64,000 bases of DNA from Bdellovibrionales bacterium Ga0074139 (GCA_001464795.1 LNEB01000001.1:57924-121923), one strand, 5' to 3'; shown: positions 54,720 through 64,000, counted from the first letter of the stretch. Numbers and translations: made by a program. The notes: generated by a model not told the origin, from the sequence alone.

Positions 54720-55445
54720 CTACACCTTTTTATTTTTAAAAGCGAGGGTCAAAACATAAAGTCCTACACTAATAAGAAAGGGGATCACAAATCCCCAGTA
54801 AGCAAATTTCACAAACAAGTAGCCAGAAACCACAGACCCCAAAGTAAATGAAAAAATGATTCCGGCCCTCATGAGGTTGGCTTTAATTTCTAATTTTTTT
54901 TGCTCAGTTTTTTCTTTCAGGCTGAAAAGTCTTGAAAGACCTATACCTAAATCCGTTGTCAGGCCCGTTAAGTGACTGGTTCTGACGATGGCTCCGTAAG
55001 CCGAGGTCACAGTGGCGTTTTGTAAACCACAGCTTAAACAAAGGAGAGCCAGTAAATAATAATCCTTATCCATATTCACGCTCATGCCGAACTTACCAAA
55101 AACGTGACTGGCTCCAAGGGCTAAAATGGTAGCTGTTAAAAAACTAAGCAGTAAAAAAACCAGATCAAAGCGTGGGGATTCGCCCCTTTGAACTTTTGCA
55201 TCAATCAAAAATCCAGAGATAAAACTTCCTAAAAGAAAAAACAAAGGCACCGTTAAAAATCCTAGGGCTTGGCGAAATCGACCCATGGCGAGTTCAGCAG
55301 CAAAAAGAGTGGAAAATCCCGTCACGTGACTGACAAATTTAAAACACGCTAAAAACCCACCAATATTCAGACTTCCTGCTTGAAAGGCCAGGGTATTCCA
55401 GAGAATAATTTTAGTTGTTGTCGGCTGAGAAATCACAACTCTCAT
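54720..55445 (-). CDS. DUF1275 (YoaK-like) membrane protein
   Basis: 241 aa, ~6 TM segments. The ..G.LNIGGFLAC..FVSHVTG.. and ..RTSHLTGLTTDLG.. motifs are recalled from DUF1275. Confidence 0.65.
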   Translation of the reverse strand: MRVVISQPTTTKIILWNTLAFQAGSLNIGGFLACFKFVSHVTGFSTLFAAELAMGRFRQALGFLTVPLFFLLGSFISGFLIDAKVQRGESPRFDLVFLLLSFLTATILALGASHVFGKFGMSVNMDKDYYLLALLCLSCGLQNATVTSAYGAIVRTSHLTGLTTDLGIGLSRLFSLKEKTEQKKLEIKANLMRAGIIFSFTLGSVVSGYLFVKFAYWGFVIPFLISVGLYVLTLAFKNKKV

Positions 55446-55483
55446 TTTGCGCTTTTAATCACTCGATTGAGGAGTCCAGATTC

Positions 55484-55879
55484 ATGATTCAAGTCGTAGC
55501 GGGAGCTCTTGTTTATGGTGAATATGTTTTAGTGGCAAAAAGACCCGAGAGCCAAAAATGGGGAGACTCGGCCTGGGAATTTCCTGGTGGTAAAGTGGAG
55601 CAAGGTGAGACCACAAGCCAGGCCTTGATAAGAGAAATCTTTGAGGAGCTGGAGATCCACCTCACTGGACCTCTTATGTTTCTAATGCTTAAGGAATCCT
55701 TGCCATACGGGATTCATCTTTTTGTGACGGAAGTTCAAGACCAAAGGTGGAGTAAAAAAAGCCATGAGGAAATACAGTGGATTCATTGGAAGAAGCTGGA
55801 TCAGGTCCCATTCTTAAAATCCAATGTGGACTTCATTGCACCTTTACAGGATTGGTTCAAAAAAAAGGGTTTCAAGTAG
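55484..55879 (+). CDS. NUDIX hydrolase (MutT-like)
   Basis: The ORF starts at 55415, but the ATG at 55484 follows a GAGGAG RBS. Nudix box GGKVEQGETTSQALIREIFEELEI. Confidence 0.8.
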   Translation: MIQVVAGALVYGEYVLVAKRPESQKWGDSAWEFPGGKVEQGETTSQALIREIFEELEIHLTGPLMFLMLKESLPYGIHLFVTEVQDQRWSKKSHEEIQWIHWKKLDQVPFLKSNVDFIAPLQDWFKKKGFK

Positions 55880-55915
55880 ACCCCATCCTGTATTTCAGAC
55901 TATCCTTATTATAGT

Positions 55916-56542
55916 TTGAGCCAGCTTGATGTTTTTTTATTTCCTTTGGTTAATGTGTGTTTGTTCCCAGGAACAACAAAACCCCTTAATATTTTCGAAC
56001 CCCGATACGTACAGATGGTTCGAGATTCCATCACTCAAAATATTCCCATCGCTTTGGGCTTTATTGATAATATTGAAAATGTAAAACCTCATTTGGCCGG
56101 GGAAAAACTATCCTACGTCAGAGAAATCGCTGGCTACGGTTATGCCAGGATCGTTCAAGAAAGACTAAATGGAACTTTGCTGGTCTTTATTCAGGCGGAA
56201 GGCAAAGTCAAATTAGGAAATTTAAAATCATCGCAGACCAGTTATCTGATTTTAGAGGCAGAAAAAAAGCCTGAGAATCACGAATTGCACGAAAAAAGTT
56301 TGCAGTGGGTGGGATTGCTTAATCAAATTTTAGCAAGATGGATTCATAACCACATTCCTGATCAAGAGCAGAAGCAGATGTTTTTATCAGGCCTTGTGGG
56401 CCCTCAAGAAATTGTGGGAGCTTTTGCGACATACCTGATTAAAGATTACGATATCCAGCAAATGGTGCTTGAGATGGACGATTTGAATGACAAAATAAAA
56501 GTGCTTTACCGTTTGGTGGAAAGTAACGAAGTCATCACGTAA
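55916..56542 (+). CDS. LON substrate-binding (Lon N-terminal) domain protein
   Basis: LFPL.NV.LFPG...PLNIFEPRY..M is the typical start of stand-alone LonN domain proteins. Confidence 0.75.
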   Translation: MSQLDVFLFPLVNVCLFPGTTKPLNIFEPRYVQMVRDSITQNIPIALGFIDNIENVKPHLAGEKLSYVREIAGYGYARIVQERLNGTLLVFIQAEGKVKLGNLKSSQTSYLILEAEKKPENHELHEKSLQWVGLLNQILARWIHNHIPDQEQKQMFLSGLVGPQEIVGAFATYLIKDYDIQQMVLEMDDLNDKIKVLYRLVESNEVIT

Positions 56543-57417
56543 CTGGTTAATAAAATCCACAGAAGCTGCGCCATAATTAAATGCACAAGCTTCATCCATA
56601 CCGGGCTTAGGCTAATCAATGTCAAAGCTCCAAAGCCTAATGCGGCAACAAAAAAAGCGGCTAAATATTGGCTACTTTTTTTGACCTTTGGGTCTTGGGT
56701 TTCTTCAGATTGATTCCAAAAAAAGTAAGACCAATAAATACAAAATCCTGTGGCTAACAGTGGATGAAGAATTCTGAGTTTTAATATCCAAGGGCTATCC
56801 GAGCTGAAATCATCAGCTAAACCTTGTAGTAAATCTGTGCTTGGAAAAAGTGTGTTTGATAAAGCAGCCCAGGCACCGGTGGCAGGTATAAAAATAAATA
56901 AAAACAAAAGGCCTCTGTGAAGAAAAAGTTTTTTTAAATCCCATTGATAAATAGGATCTTTTGCTGTCACCCAAGCAAGAGCCACAGTGGATCCCACCAG
57001 TAGTAGACTATTGATCTGATGCAGGGTCATCACCACCAGCCTAAAAATAGTGGCATTTTCACCCACAAGTCCTTTTAGCACGAGGGCTGCACCCAATGCC
57101 GCTTCGATGATCATAAGAATCAAAGTGGAAAAACCAAAAACACGCTGTAGTGTCTTGGTAGGGAAGAACTTTTGATTCAAATAAAAAAGATGAATCACCA
57201 CAAGGCCATAGATCCCTGAGGTCAGCCTGTGAAAATACTCAATCCAAGTTTTAGCTTCTGCATCCTTTGGGAAAAGCACTCCGTCACACAGGGGCCAACT
57301 TTTTCCGCAGCCATCACCAGAGTGTGAAATTCGGACCCAAGCTCCCCACACAATAACAAACAGGGTGTAGTAAACCAGCACCCAAGCGTAGGTAGAGAGT
57401 TTTTTTTGCGAGATCAC
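56506..57417 (-). CDS. ctaA: heme A synthase (COX15/CtaA family)
   Basis: 303 aa, 8 TM segments. VWGAWVR.S.SGDGCG..WPLC.G and conserved His in the TM helices (..YFHRL.., ..TLHQ.., ..ILHPL..). Confidence 0.8.
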   Translation of the reverse strand: MISQKKLSTYAWVLVYYTLFVIVWGAWVRISHSGDGCGKSWPLCDGVLFPKDAEAKTWIEYFHRLTSGIYGLVVIHLFYLNQKFFPTKTLQRVFGFSTLILMIIEAALGAALVLKGLVGENATIFRLVVMTLHQINSLLLVGSTVALAWVTAKDPIYQWDLKKLFLHRGLLFLFIFIPATGAWAALSNTLFPSTDLLQGLADDFSSDSPWILKLRILHPLLATGFCIYWSYFFWNQSEETQDPKVKKSSQYLAAFFVAALGFGALTLISLSPVWMKLVHLIMAQLLWILLTSYVMTSLLSTKR

Positions 57418-58763
57418 TTTTTTGAATCTTTCACAAGATACTTCATGATCATGGGGCCTGCTTCAAATTTTGCACCCAAAACAGAGAGGAAAATAAAAAC
57501 TCCTGCTGTTTTTCTATCTAAGAAAACAATTTCCCGAGGCGGAGTTCGAAGGGGAAATTCTTTGATGATTCGAATGGCAATTTGCGTGATTCGTTTAGGA
57601 AGATCGGTGTTTTTCCAATCATAGGCGGATGGGCCAAAGGGTTCAACGGTTTGAAAACAAAAATCTCTGAAGATTTGAATTAATTTTTCATCATCTTCTT
57701 TTCTGATGAAACCAAGTTTAAAAGAAGCCTCTTCGAAGTCAGGACTTTTAAGAATAGCACCGCGGATCATGCTGGCATAATTATTCATAAATTCTGCATC
57801 AAATTTTTTCGTGGCCCCGAAATCAAACAGCACGATTTTATCATGCCCCATGGGATCCATCCGCAGGCGATAGTTTCCTAAGTGAGGATCTGTTTGAATC
57901 AAATGCCATTCAAAAAGCTCTTTAAAATAAAGATCTAAGAAGTTTTGTGCAATTTTATTTCTTCGCTCTTGGCTGAGGCTTTGAATGATAGGATCATCAG
58001 CCCTGAGGCCACGCTCGAAACTTAAAACGATGACTTTTTTTGTACAAAACTGCGGAAAAACTTTTGGCACAATATATCTGGAATCTGAATTGAGATGGCT
58101 GCGGTAAAGTTCCATCAATTCCACTTCTCGGGTGTAATCCATTTCTTGAGACAGCATTTCTTTCATTTCTTGCATTAAAGGATCAAGATCTAAATTTTTA
58201 GGCAAAGCCTCGATCATCACTAAAAATTTCTTCAATGCTTTAAGATCAGATTCGATGGCTTGATCCACACCTGGGTATTGAATTTTAACAATCACAATTT
58301 CTTGAGTGGCTTTAATCTTAGCCCTATGAACTTGCCCCATGGACGCAGAGGCCAGTGGTTCGGTTTCGATTTCCAATTGAGCCCACTGCTCGGGGGTCCA
58401 TTCTTTTTTTAAGATGGCCTGCATCTGTTCCCAACCCAGTGGGGGAGATTCATTTTGTAAAGTTTTAAGAACGGCATTCACTTCAGGTGGGAAAAAATAT
58501 TCGCCGTAAACAGAAAGCATCTGTCCCGCCTTCATCAGACTGCCTTTGAGTTCTCCCACTTCAGTGGAAAAATTTTTGGCTTGATTCATGATGAAAGACT
58601 GCCAACTGATGTCTTGAGCCGCTTTACTTTTAACAAGGCCTGTGACTTTTTGAGTCGCAAATCCTGCACCGGCCTGGGCTGTTAATTTTGCTAATGTCAG
58701 ACCTCGGGAAAAAATCCCAGTTTTAATTTTTGTGAGTTTTTTGTTCGAATTGCTATTTGACAT
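57414..58763 (-). CDS. ubiB: ABC1/UbiB family atypical kinase
   Basis: PLASASMGQVHRA, the ..M..E.DY..E... ABC1 motif, and QTDPHLGNY. Its stop overlaps the ctaA start by 4 nt. Confidence 0.85.
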   Translation of the reverse strand: MSNSNSNKKLTKIKTGIFSRGLTLAKLTAQAGAGFATQKVTGLVKSKAAQDISWQSFIMNQAKNFSTEVGELKGSLMKAGQMLSVYGEYFFPPEVNAVLKTLQNESPPLGWEQMQAILKKEWTPEQWAQLEIETEPLASASMGQVHRAKIKATQEIVIVKIQYPGVDQAIESDLKALKKFLVMIEALPKNLDLDPLMQEMKEMLSQEMDYTREVELMELYRSHLNSDSRYIVPKVFPQFCTKKVIVLSFERGLRADDPIIQSLSQERRNKIAQNFLDLYFKELFEWHLIQTDPHLGNYRLRMDPMGHDKIVLFDFGATKKFDAEFMNNYASMIRGAILKSPDFEEASFKLGFIRKEDDEKLIQIFRDFCFQTVEPFGPSAYDWKNTDLPKRITQIAIRIIKEFPLRTPPREIVFLDRKTAGVFIFLSVLGAKFEAGPMIMKYLVKDSKK

Positions 58764-58805
58764 TGCCGCCTGTACTTCTTGTGTGAAAAGATTTAAACAT
58801 ATCCT

Positions 58806-60131
58806 ATGGCAAAGTCAAAACACTCTCTCTTTTGGTTCCGTCGAGATCTCCGATTCGAGGATAATCGTGGCCTTACAGAGGCCCTCAAGTCAAATGACAC
58901 AATCATTCCCATTTTTATTTTTGATTCTATGATTTTAGAGCGTCTGAAAAGCCCCACTGATTTAAGGGTTCAGTTTCTTCATCAAACCATTGCCGAAATG
59001 AAGAAAAAGCTGAATGACCTAGGAAGTGATCTTTTGGTGTTCCATGGTAAGCCTCTTGAAATTCTAGAATCCCTTCACAAAGAATATCAGCTGAATCAAA
59101 TCTTCACCAATCACGATTATGAACCTTACCCACAGAAGCGGGATGCTGATGTGCAAGCCTGGGCCAAATCCAGCCAAATTGAGTTTCACACTTTCAAGGA
59201 CCAAGTGATTTTTGAAAAATCTGAAGTTTTGACCGATCAAAAAAAACCCTACACAGTGTATACGCCTTACAAGAAAAAATGGCTTGCACAGTTGAACAGT
59301 GAAAGTTTTAAAAGCTTCGAATCCGAAAAATTAACCAGTCAATTTTTTAAGTCAGCAAAGCCACAAAAGCTAATCACCATGGAAAGCATCGGATTTAAAG
59401 AAACAGAATTTACATATCCCGGCCAGGATGTATCCACTTCTACTTTAAAAAACTATGCAGACGATCGTAATTTTCCTTATCTGGAAAAAGGCACCAGTCA
59501 CTTGGGACTTCATTTAAGGTTTGGAACTTTATCCATTCGAAAGATGGCAGCACTTGCACAAAAAAATTCAGATATTTGGTTGTCAGAACTGATTTGGCGA
59601 GAATTTTTCATGCAAATACTTTGGCATTTTCCTAAAGTCACCAACTCTAGCTTCCGGCCGGCTTTTGAAAAAGTCGCTTGGCGAGATGATAAAGAAGATT
59701 TTAAAAAGTGGTGTGATGGCAAAACTGGCTATCCACTGGTGGATGCAGGAATGCGAGAGCTGAATCAAACGGGGTATATGCATAACCGAGTGCGCATGGT
59801 GACAGCTTCTTTTTTAACAAAGCATTTACTGATGCATTGGTTTAAAGGTGAACGTTATTTTGCAAGCCTACTGCTTGATTACGAGCTTTCTGCTAACAAT
59901 GGAAACTGGCAATGGGCGGCAGGAACGGGTTGTGATGCAGCTCCTTATTTTAGAATTTTTAACCCAGAAACTCAGCTTGAAAAATTTGACCCTGATTTAA
60001 AATATGTAAAAAAATGGGTTCCCGAGTTTGGAACATCAGCTTATCCAAAACCCATGATTGATCACAAAGAAGCCCGGGACCGATGTCTCAAAGCCTTTGA
60101 TCTGGCACTGAAGGGAAAAACAGACACATGA
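58806..60131 (+). CDS. deoxyribodipyrimidine photolyase / cryptochrome family protein
   Basis: FWFRRDLR..DN..L N-terminus and a C-terminal FAD domain (..GYMHNR.RM..ASFL.K.L...W..GE.YF...L.D.....N.G.WQW.AG.G.DA.PYFRIFNP). Confidence 0.88.
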   Translation: MAKSKHSLFWFRRDLRFEDNRGLTEALKSNDTIIPIFIFDSMILERLKSPTDLRVQFLHQTIAEMKKKLNDLGSDLLVFHGKPLEILESLHKEYQLNQIFTNHDYEPYPQKRDADVQAWAKSSQIEFHTFKDQVIFEKSEVLTDQKKPYTVYTPYKKKWLAQLNSESFKSFESEKLTSQFFKSAKPQKLITMESIGFKETEFTYPGQDVSTSTLKNYADDRNFPYLEKGTSHLGLHLRFGTLSIRKMAALAQKNSDIWLSELIWREFFMQILWHFPKVTNSSFRPAFEKVAWRDDKEDFKKWCDGKTGYPLVDAGMRELNQTGYMHNRVRMVTASFLTKHLLMHWFKGERYFASLLLDYELSANNGNWQWAAGTGCDAAPYFRIFNPETQLEKFDPDLKYVKKWVPEFGTSAYPKPMIDHKEARDRCLKAFDLALKGKTDT

Positions 60132-61300
60132 GAATTTTACTAACGGGGGCCACGGGGCTTATTGGATCCAAGCTTGGACTTAAACTTGTACAAAATGGTC
60201 ATGAAGTTTTAGTTGTCTCAAGAAATAAAAAAAAGGCCCAGTATCAGTTGGCCTTTCCCTGTGAAGTGATCGAAGGGGATTTAATGAAATCTCCACTGCC
60301 ACTTTCGGAAAAAAAAGTGGACGCTGTCATCCACTTATTAGGCGAGGGTGTCGCCGACAAGAAGTGGTCCGATGAGCAAAAAAATTTAATTTTAAAGTCG
60401 CGAACAGAATCAACAAAAAATCTGATTCGGTCCTTCAAAGTTGTGCCAGAAGTGTGGATTCAAGCCTCGGCCATAGGAATTTATGGAAGCCGAGAAAATT
60501 TAGAATTGAATGAAGACAGCACTTTGGGTTCAGGTTTTTTGGCCGATGTTTGTAAAAAATGGGAAGCTGCCGCTGATGAAAGTGGGGCTAAAAGAATTGT
60601 GAAAGCAAGACTTGGAATCGTGTTAGCTTCTCAAGGCGGAGCATTGGAAAAAATGCTGTTCCCTTTTCGTGCAGGTGTGGGTGGTGCTTTAGCCAGCGGT
60701 CAGCAATGGATGAGCTGGATTCATCTGGATGATGCGGTTCAATTGTTTATCAGTTGCCTGGATGACTCTAGTCAATCGGGGGTCATTAATTTCACAAGCC
60801 CAGGGCCTGAAACCAACCGTGAATTTTCAAAAAAATTAGCCAAAGCTTTAGGGCGTCCCTTTGGTCCGTCGGTGCCAACTTTAGCGATGCAGGCTTTGTT
60901 TGGTGAAATGTCTGAAGTTTTATTAGGCTCTCAAAAAGTACTTTCTAAAAAAACTTTGAAATTTAAATTTCAATACCCGGATTTGAATTCTGCTTTTGAA
61001 GAAATTTTTCAAAAACCAATCGACAGGATCATCTCGCAGCAATTTTTGCAGGCTAGGTCCGAGGATGTCGCAAAATCTTTAAAAACCGATGAAAAACTAA
61101 AAATTTCTGGCTTGGATGTCAATTGGTCAACAGGTGTGGAAGCACTAGGTGGTGGCACTTTGGTGACCCATAAAATTCATTATGATTTTCCCTTGGGATA
61201 TCTAGGATGGCTGGCCACTGGTGCGTTAGCTAAAAAAAGACTGCTTCGTGCCATTGACCTTCGTCGAGCAGAGCTAGCCGAAAAATGGAAAAGCCCTTAG
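60128..61300 (+). CDS. TIGR01777/YfcH-like NAD-dependent epimerase with ~90-aa C-terminal extension
   Basis: MRILLTGATGLIGS Rossmann start and a DUF1731-like ..LKFKFQYPDL..A..EI near residue 295, followed by an extra tail. Confidence 0.75.
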   Translation: MRILLTGATGLIGSKLGLKLVQNGHEVLVVSRNKKKAQYQLAFPCEVIEGDLMKSPLPLSEKKVDAVIHLLGEGVADKKWSDEQKNLILKSRTESTKNLIRSFKVVPEVWIQASAIGIYGSRENLELNEDSTLGSGFLADVCKKWEAAADESGAKRIVKARLGIVLASQGGALEKMLFPFRAGVGGALASGQQWMSWIHLDDAVQLFISCLDDSSQSGVINFTSPGPETNREFSKKLAKALGRPFGPSVPTLAMQALFGEMSEVLLGSQKVLSKKTLKFKFQYPDLNSAFEEIFQKPIDRIISQQFLQARSEDVAKSLKTDEKLKISGLDVNWSTGVEALGGGTLVTHKIHYDFPLGYLGWLATGALAKKRLLRAIDLRRAELAEKWKSP

Positions 61301-61309
61301 CATGTTGAG

Positions 61310-61720
61310 ATGGATTTACCAATCGTAGCTGAAATTCGGGGCCGAGACCGTTTGGAAGTAACCAGTCTGAAGCCCTTTAATATGAAAATCATCGGCTGCG
61401 AGCAGCTTTTTAATGATCTTAAAGAATTCAAAAATCAATATGGTTCTGATTTAAGTCTGTGGCCACTACCGAAAGGACGAAGTCATACTCAATTGTTAAT
61501 TAAAGAACTGATTTTAAAATTAAAAGATCAGTGGAAACATGTGTATGATCACGAAGAAGTTTGTCACTGCCGTAACGTAAGTCTTGAATCCGTCGAGCAG
61601 GCTTTGTTTTTAGGAGCTGAAACAAGTGAGATGATTTCCAAATGGACCATGAGTTCTTCTGCTTGTGGAACCTGCAGGCCGGATGTGGAAAAGATCATCG
61701 AGTTTCGTTTAAAAGTTTAA
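61310..61720 (+). CDS. BFD-like [2Fe-2S]-binding domain protein
   Basis: C-terminal C-H-C-R-x(33)-C-G-T-C pattern (VCHCRNVSLE......SSACGTCRPDVE). Confidence 0.6.
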   Translation: MDLPIVAEIRGRDRLEVTSLKPFNMKIIGCEQLFNDLKEFKNQYGSDLSLWPLPKGRSHTQLLIKELILKLKDQWKHVYDHEEVCHCRNVSLESVEQALFLGAETSEMISKWTMSSSACGTCRPDVEKIIEFRLKV

Positions 61721-61905
61721 TTTACTTTTTGATTATCAAAAAATTCGATTTTTCCATTTTGACTGTCGTAAGTGACTTCAATGGGTTGGCAACAGACTTC
61801 ACAATCTTCGATATAGGTCTGAGTTCCATCGACAGTTGTATCAAGAATAAAAGAAATTCTTTGAAAACAGTAGGGGCATTTAAAGCGTTTTTCTATGGAT
61901 TCCAT
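61717..61905 (-). CDS. CPXCG-motif cysteine-rich small protein
   Basis: The ORF extends to 61971, but the ATG at 61905 removes the overlap with nrnA. FKCPYC......YIEDCEVCCQPIEV zinc-ribbon-like pattern. Confidence 0.6.
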   Translation of the reverse strand: MESIEKRFKCPYCFQRISFILDTTVDGTQTYIEDCEVCCQPIEVTYDSQNGKIEFFDNQKVN

Positions 61906-61912
61906 GGACTTA

Positions 61913-62887
61913 TTATAAATGAGTTTTAAGCCAATCCAATAAATTTTTATAAAGTGTTTGGACTGACACATTTTCTAAAGTGGCACCAGCAGCAAACAAA
62001 TGTCCACCACCCTGCCAACTTTCAGCAAGACTCAAAACTTCGTGCCGACCTTTGGATCTGAGACTGATTTTTAATTTATTTTTTGATTCTTCTCGGATCA
62101 AAACTGCAATTTCCACATCCTCGACGTTCATCATCATATCGACCACATCCCGGGAAGCTTCTGGATCCATTCGGTGCTGAGTGAAATCTTCATATTTCAA
62201 ATTTAAATAGGCCACTTTTCCGCTATGAAGATAATCAATTTCTGAAAGAGCTTTTGCTAGGAAGCGAAGTTTTTCAGGGCTTTGGTTGCCAAAAAGTTTT
62301 CTGTGAATTTCAGTGGGATCAAACTCATGCACCATAAGTTCAGCTGCAATTTGATGCGACCTTGGAGACTTTCGAATGAAGCGAAAAAGCTGAGTGTCAA
62401 AAGCAATGCTTGAGTACAAGCATTGTGCAATGTTGGCATCCATTTCTACTTTTAAAAATTGAATCAGATCAAAAGTCATCTCACCTGTTGAAGCGGCTTG
62501 AATATTAATCAATGATCCATGGCCGGGGTGGGGGCCATTTTCTAAAATAGGGTGATGGTCGATAAATAAAACTTCACCTGAGTTTTTAGCCCAAGAAGCC
62601 AAAGGTTCAATGCGTCTGGAATCATTGGTATCAAAAGCGATCAGTAAATCGCCAAGGTCTGGTTCCTTTTCTGGGTGAAAGACTTCAATGTCTTTGTAGC
62701 CAGGCAGAAAAGAGTATTTTTTAGGGATGTTATCCACACTTAAAAGGCGAACAGAAATATTTAATTTTTTCAGGCTATGGTAAAAGGCCAGCATGGCACC
62801 CACTCCGTCGCCATCACAATCTCTGTGAGTGGTCACTGTGACGCGCAGGGCTTTTTTTAATTTTTCGACGAGATATTCCAACTTCAT
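61913..62887 (-). CDS. nrnA: DHH/DHHA1 phosphoesterase (NrnA-like oligoribonuclease / pAp phosphatase)
   Basis: The ORF extends to 62920, with an ATG at 62887 (MKLEYLVEKL). HRDCDGDGVGA, DTND, IDHHP and GGGH motifs. Confidence 0.8.
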   Translation of the reverse strand: MKLEYLVEKLKKALRVTVTTHRDCDGDGVGAMLAFYHSLKKLNISVRLLSVDNIPKKYSFLPGYKDIEVFHPEKEPDLGDLLIAFDTNDSRRIEPLASWAKNSGEVLFIDHHPILENGPHPGHGSLINIQAASTGEMTFDLIQFLKVEMDANIAQCLYSSIAFDTQLFRFIRKSPRSHQIAAELMVHEFDPTEIHRKLFGNQSPEKLRFLAKALSEIDYLHSGKVAYLNLKYEDFTQHRMDPEASRDVVDMMMNVEDVEIAVLIREESKNKLKISLRSKGRHEVLSLAESWQGGGHLFAAGATLENVSVQTLYKNLLDWLKTHL

Positions 62888-63025
62888 TTTCCTTTGTAAC
62901 TTAAAAATGATAACAGTCATTATGGCTCATGGCAGTGCCTTAATTGAAGTGACAAGACCTTGGCACTATTATACTCTGCATTATTGAGATTGTTTTTGAA
63001 TATTGACCGACTTTTGAGGTGATTG

Positions 63026-63505
63026 ATGACATCAGACAAACTTCCTATGACTGTAAAAGGTAAAGCATTACTAGACGCCGAACTCCGCAGGCTGATTCAT
63101 GAAGAAAGACCTGCCGTTATACGTGCCATTGAAGAAGCTAGATCTCACGGTGATATCAGTGAAAACGCAGAATACGATGCAGCCAAAGATCGGCAAAGTA
63201 TGATTGAAGGTCGCATTGGTGAAATTCAAGGAAAACTTTCTCAGGCTGAAGTGATTGACCCTTCCATGATCAAATCAGAAACAGTTGTTTTTGGAGCCAC
63301 TGTTTATTTAATTGATTTGGAAAACGACGAAAAAACTCACTATCAAATTGTGGGGCTAGATGAAGCTGACGTTAAAAAAAGTCTGATATCCATTCTTTCT
63401 CCGATGGCTCGCGCTTTGATCGGAAAACGAAAAGGTGACAACGTTGTTGTACAAAGCCCAAAGGGTGACCGTGAGTACGAGATCATCTCCTTTGAATTTA
63501 AGTAA
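63026..63505 (+). CDS. greA: transcription elongation factor GreA
   Basis: ATG at 63026 after a GAGGTGA RBS. ...T..G...L..EL..L....RP.....I.EAR.HGD.SENAEYDAAK..Q...E.RI..... signature. Confidence 0.9.
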   Translation: MTSDKLPMTVKGKALLDAELRRLIHEERPAVIRAIEEARSHGDISENAEYDAAKDRQSMIEGRIGEIQGKLSQAEVIDPSMIKSETVVFGATVYLIDLENDEKTHYQIVGLDEADVKKSLISILSPMARALIGKRKGDNVVVQSPKGDREYEIISFEFK

Positions 63506-64000
63506 TGAGTCTTAAGAAATATAAAAAAACAAATAACGACCAGCTCGTAACGGACCAGTCCGGTCGTTTTATTTTTTTTATGGGACTTCTCATTTCTCTC
63601 ACTCTTGGTTTTACAATTCGGGGGCTTACCAGTTCCAAAGGTGTTCATCAAAAACTTCAAGAGGCCACAAAGGCCTTAGGCAAAACCACCACTATTAGCT
63701 GGTCCCAGGCTCAGTTTTCTTTTCGTAATGGAATATTAATTCCCCAATTGGCCGTAAAAGTACAAAACGTAAAAGTGGTTTCTGAGGATCCATGCTGGGG
63801 TAAGCCCTTGATTTATGCAAAAGAAGTTGAGCTTCCTTTGTCCTTATCAAATTGGATCAGTCAGGGTCAGCCTTTGCAATCGCTTGTTATTAAGGAAAGT
63901 TTTCTTGAATTTCGCTCTTTGATTCAGTGTGATTCCAAAGATTTAACATCAGAGGTCTTGCCAGAAGTGCAGGCTTCGAAATCAGTGCGCATGAAATCAA
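63505..64000 (+). CDS. hypothetical membrane-anchored protein (partial, runs off window end)
   Basis: Open frame from ATG 63505 (TAATG overlap with the greA stop) to the window end. Basic N-terminus KKYKK, then a TM segment FIFFMGLLISLTLGF. An alternative in-frame ATG lies at 63580. Not in the ORF track because no stop codon falls in the window. Confidence 0.45.
   Translation, partial: MSLKKYKKTNNDQLVTDQSGRFIFFMGLLISLTLGFTIRGLTSSKGVHQKLQEATKALGKTTTISWSQAQFSFRNGILIPQLAVKVQNVKVVSEDPCWGKPLIYAKEVELPLSLSNWISQGQPLQSLVIKESFLEFRSLIQCDSKDLTSEVLPEVQASKSVRMKS
63535..63579 (+). terminator. possible intrinsic terminator after greA
   Basis: AACGACC (63535-41) pairs with GGTCGTT (63562-68), with an inner CGGA/TCCG stem, followed by TTTTATTTTTTTT. 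It lies inside the 5' end of the next ORF if that ORF starts at 63505. Confidence 0.4.

Overview
All calls come from reading the sequence and ORF translations by eye, using remembered family motifs. No database search or computation was run. The window is a gene-dense chromosomal segment with about 65 protein genes and 2 tRNAs. I saw no rRNA, CRISPR array, transposase or integrase. It comes from an AT-leaning Gram-negative bacterium, roughly 40% GC by eye (not computed). The gene content suggests a Bdellovibrio-like predator, but that is inference only: three secreted or lipoprotein S8 subtilases within 13 kb, a type IV pilus pilB-pilC-pilS-pilR block, many small Cys-containing secreted proteins, and a possible diamino-sugar lipid A signature. 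Blocks, left to right: (1) An outer-membrane/LPS cluster: bamA-skp-lpxA-(GnnA-like oxidoreductase)-lpxB-lpxK-lpxL-like-DUF3108-two GT9 heptosyltransferase-like genes. (2) A convergent CHASE2 histidine kinase plus NtrC-type regulator. (3) ribF, a degenerate AroE-like protein, and pilB-pilC-pilS-pilR. (4) An S8 lipoprotein with very large insertions, whose last 10 nt overlap tRNA-Arg(CCT). (5) crcB, three small membrane or secreted proteins, and a 1035-aa PA-domain S8 peptidase. (6) A DEAD-box helicase with an RGG-rich tail, an ABC-F ATPase, a third S8 peptidase and a PAS histidine kinase. (7) A 6-kb patch of uncharacterised secreted or membrane proteins ending in a SOUL heme-binding lipoprotein next to tRNA-Leu(GAG). 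(8) An unannotated small transcription unit with a 39-codon ORF and a strong terminator. (9) queA-tgt-yajC-secD-secF-recJ-queC-(DUF366-like). (10) Mixed housekeeping genes: Na/Pi cotransporter, NUDIX, Lon-N, ctaA, ubiB, photolyase, yfcH-like, BFD-like, nrnA, greA. I found no recognisable defence, toxin-antitoxin or mobile system. The most unusual items are the insertion-laden S8 protease that overlaps a tRNA, the orphan small-ORF/terminator unit, the family of secreted proteins with cysteines at both ends together with the Cys-rich 610-aa protein/SOUL operon, and the near absence of intergenic space at convergent gene junctions.
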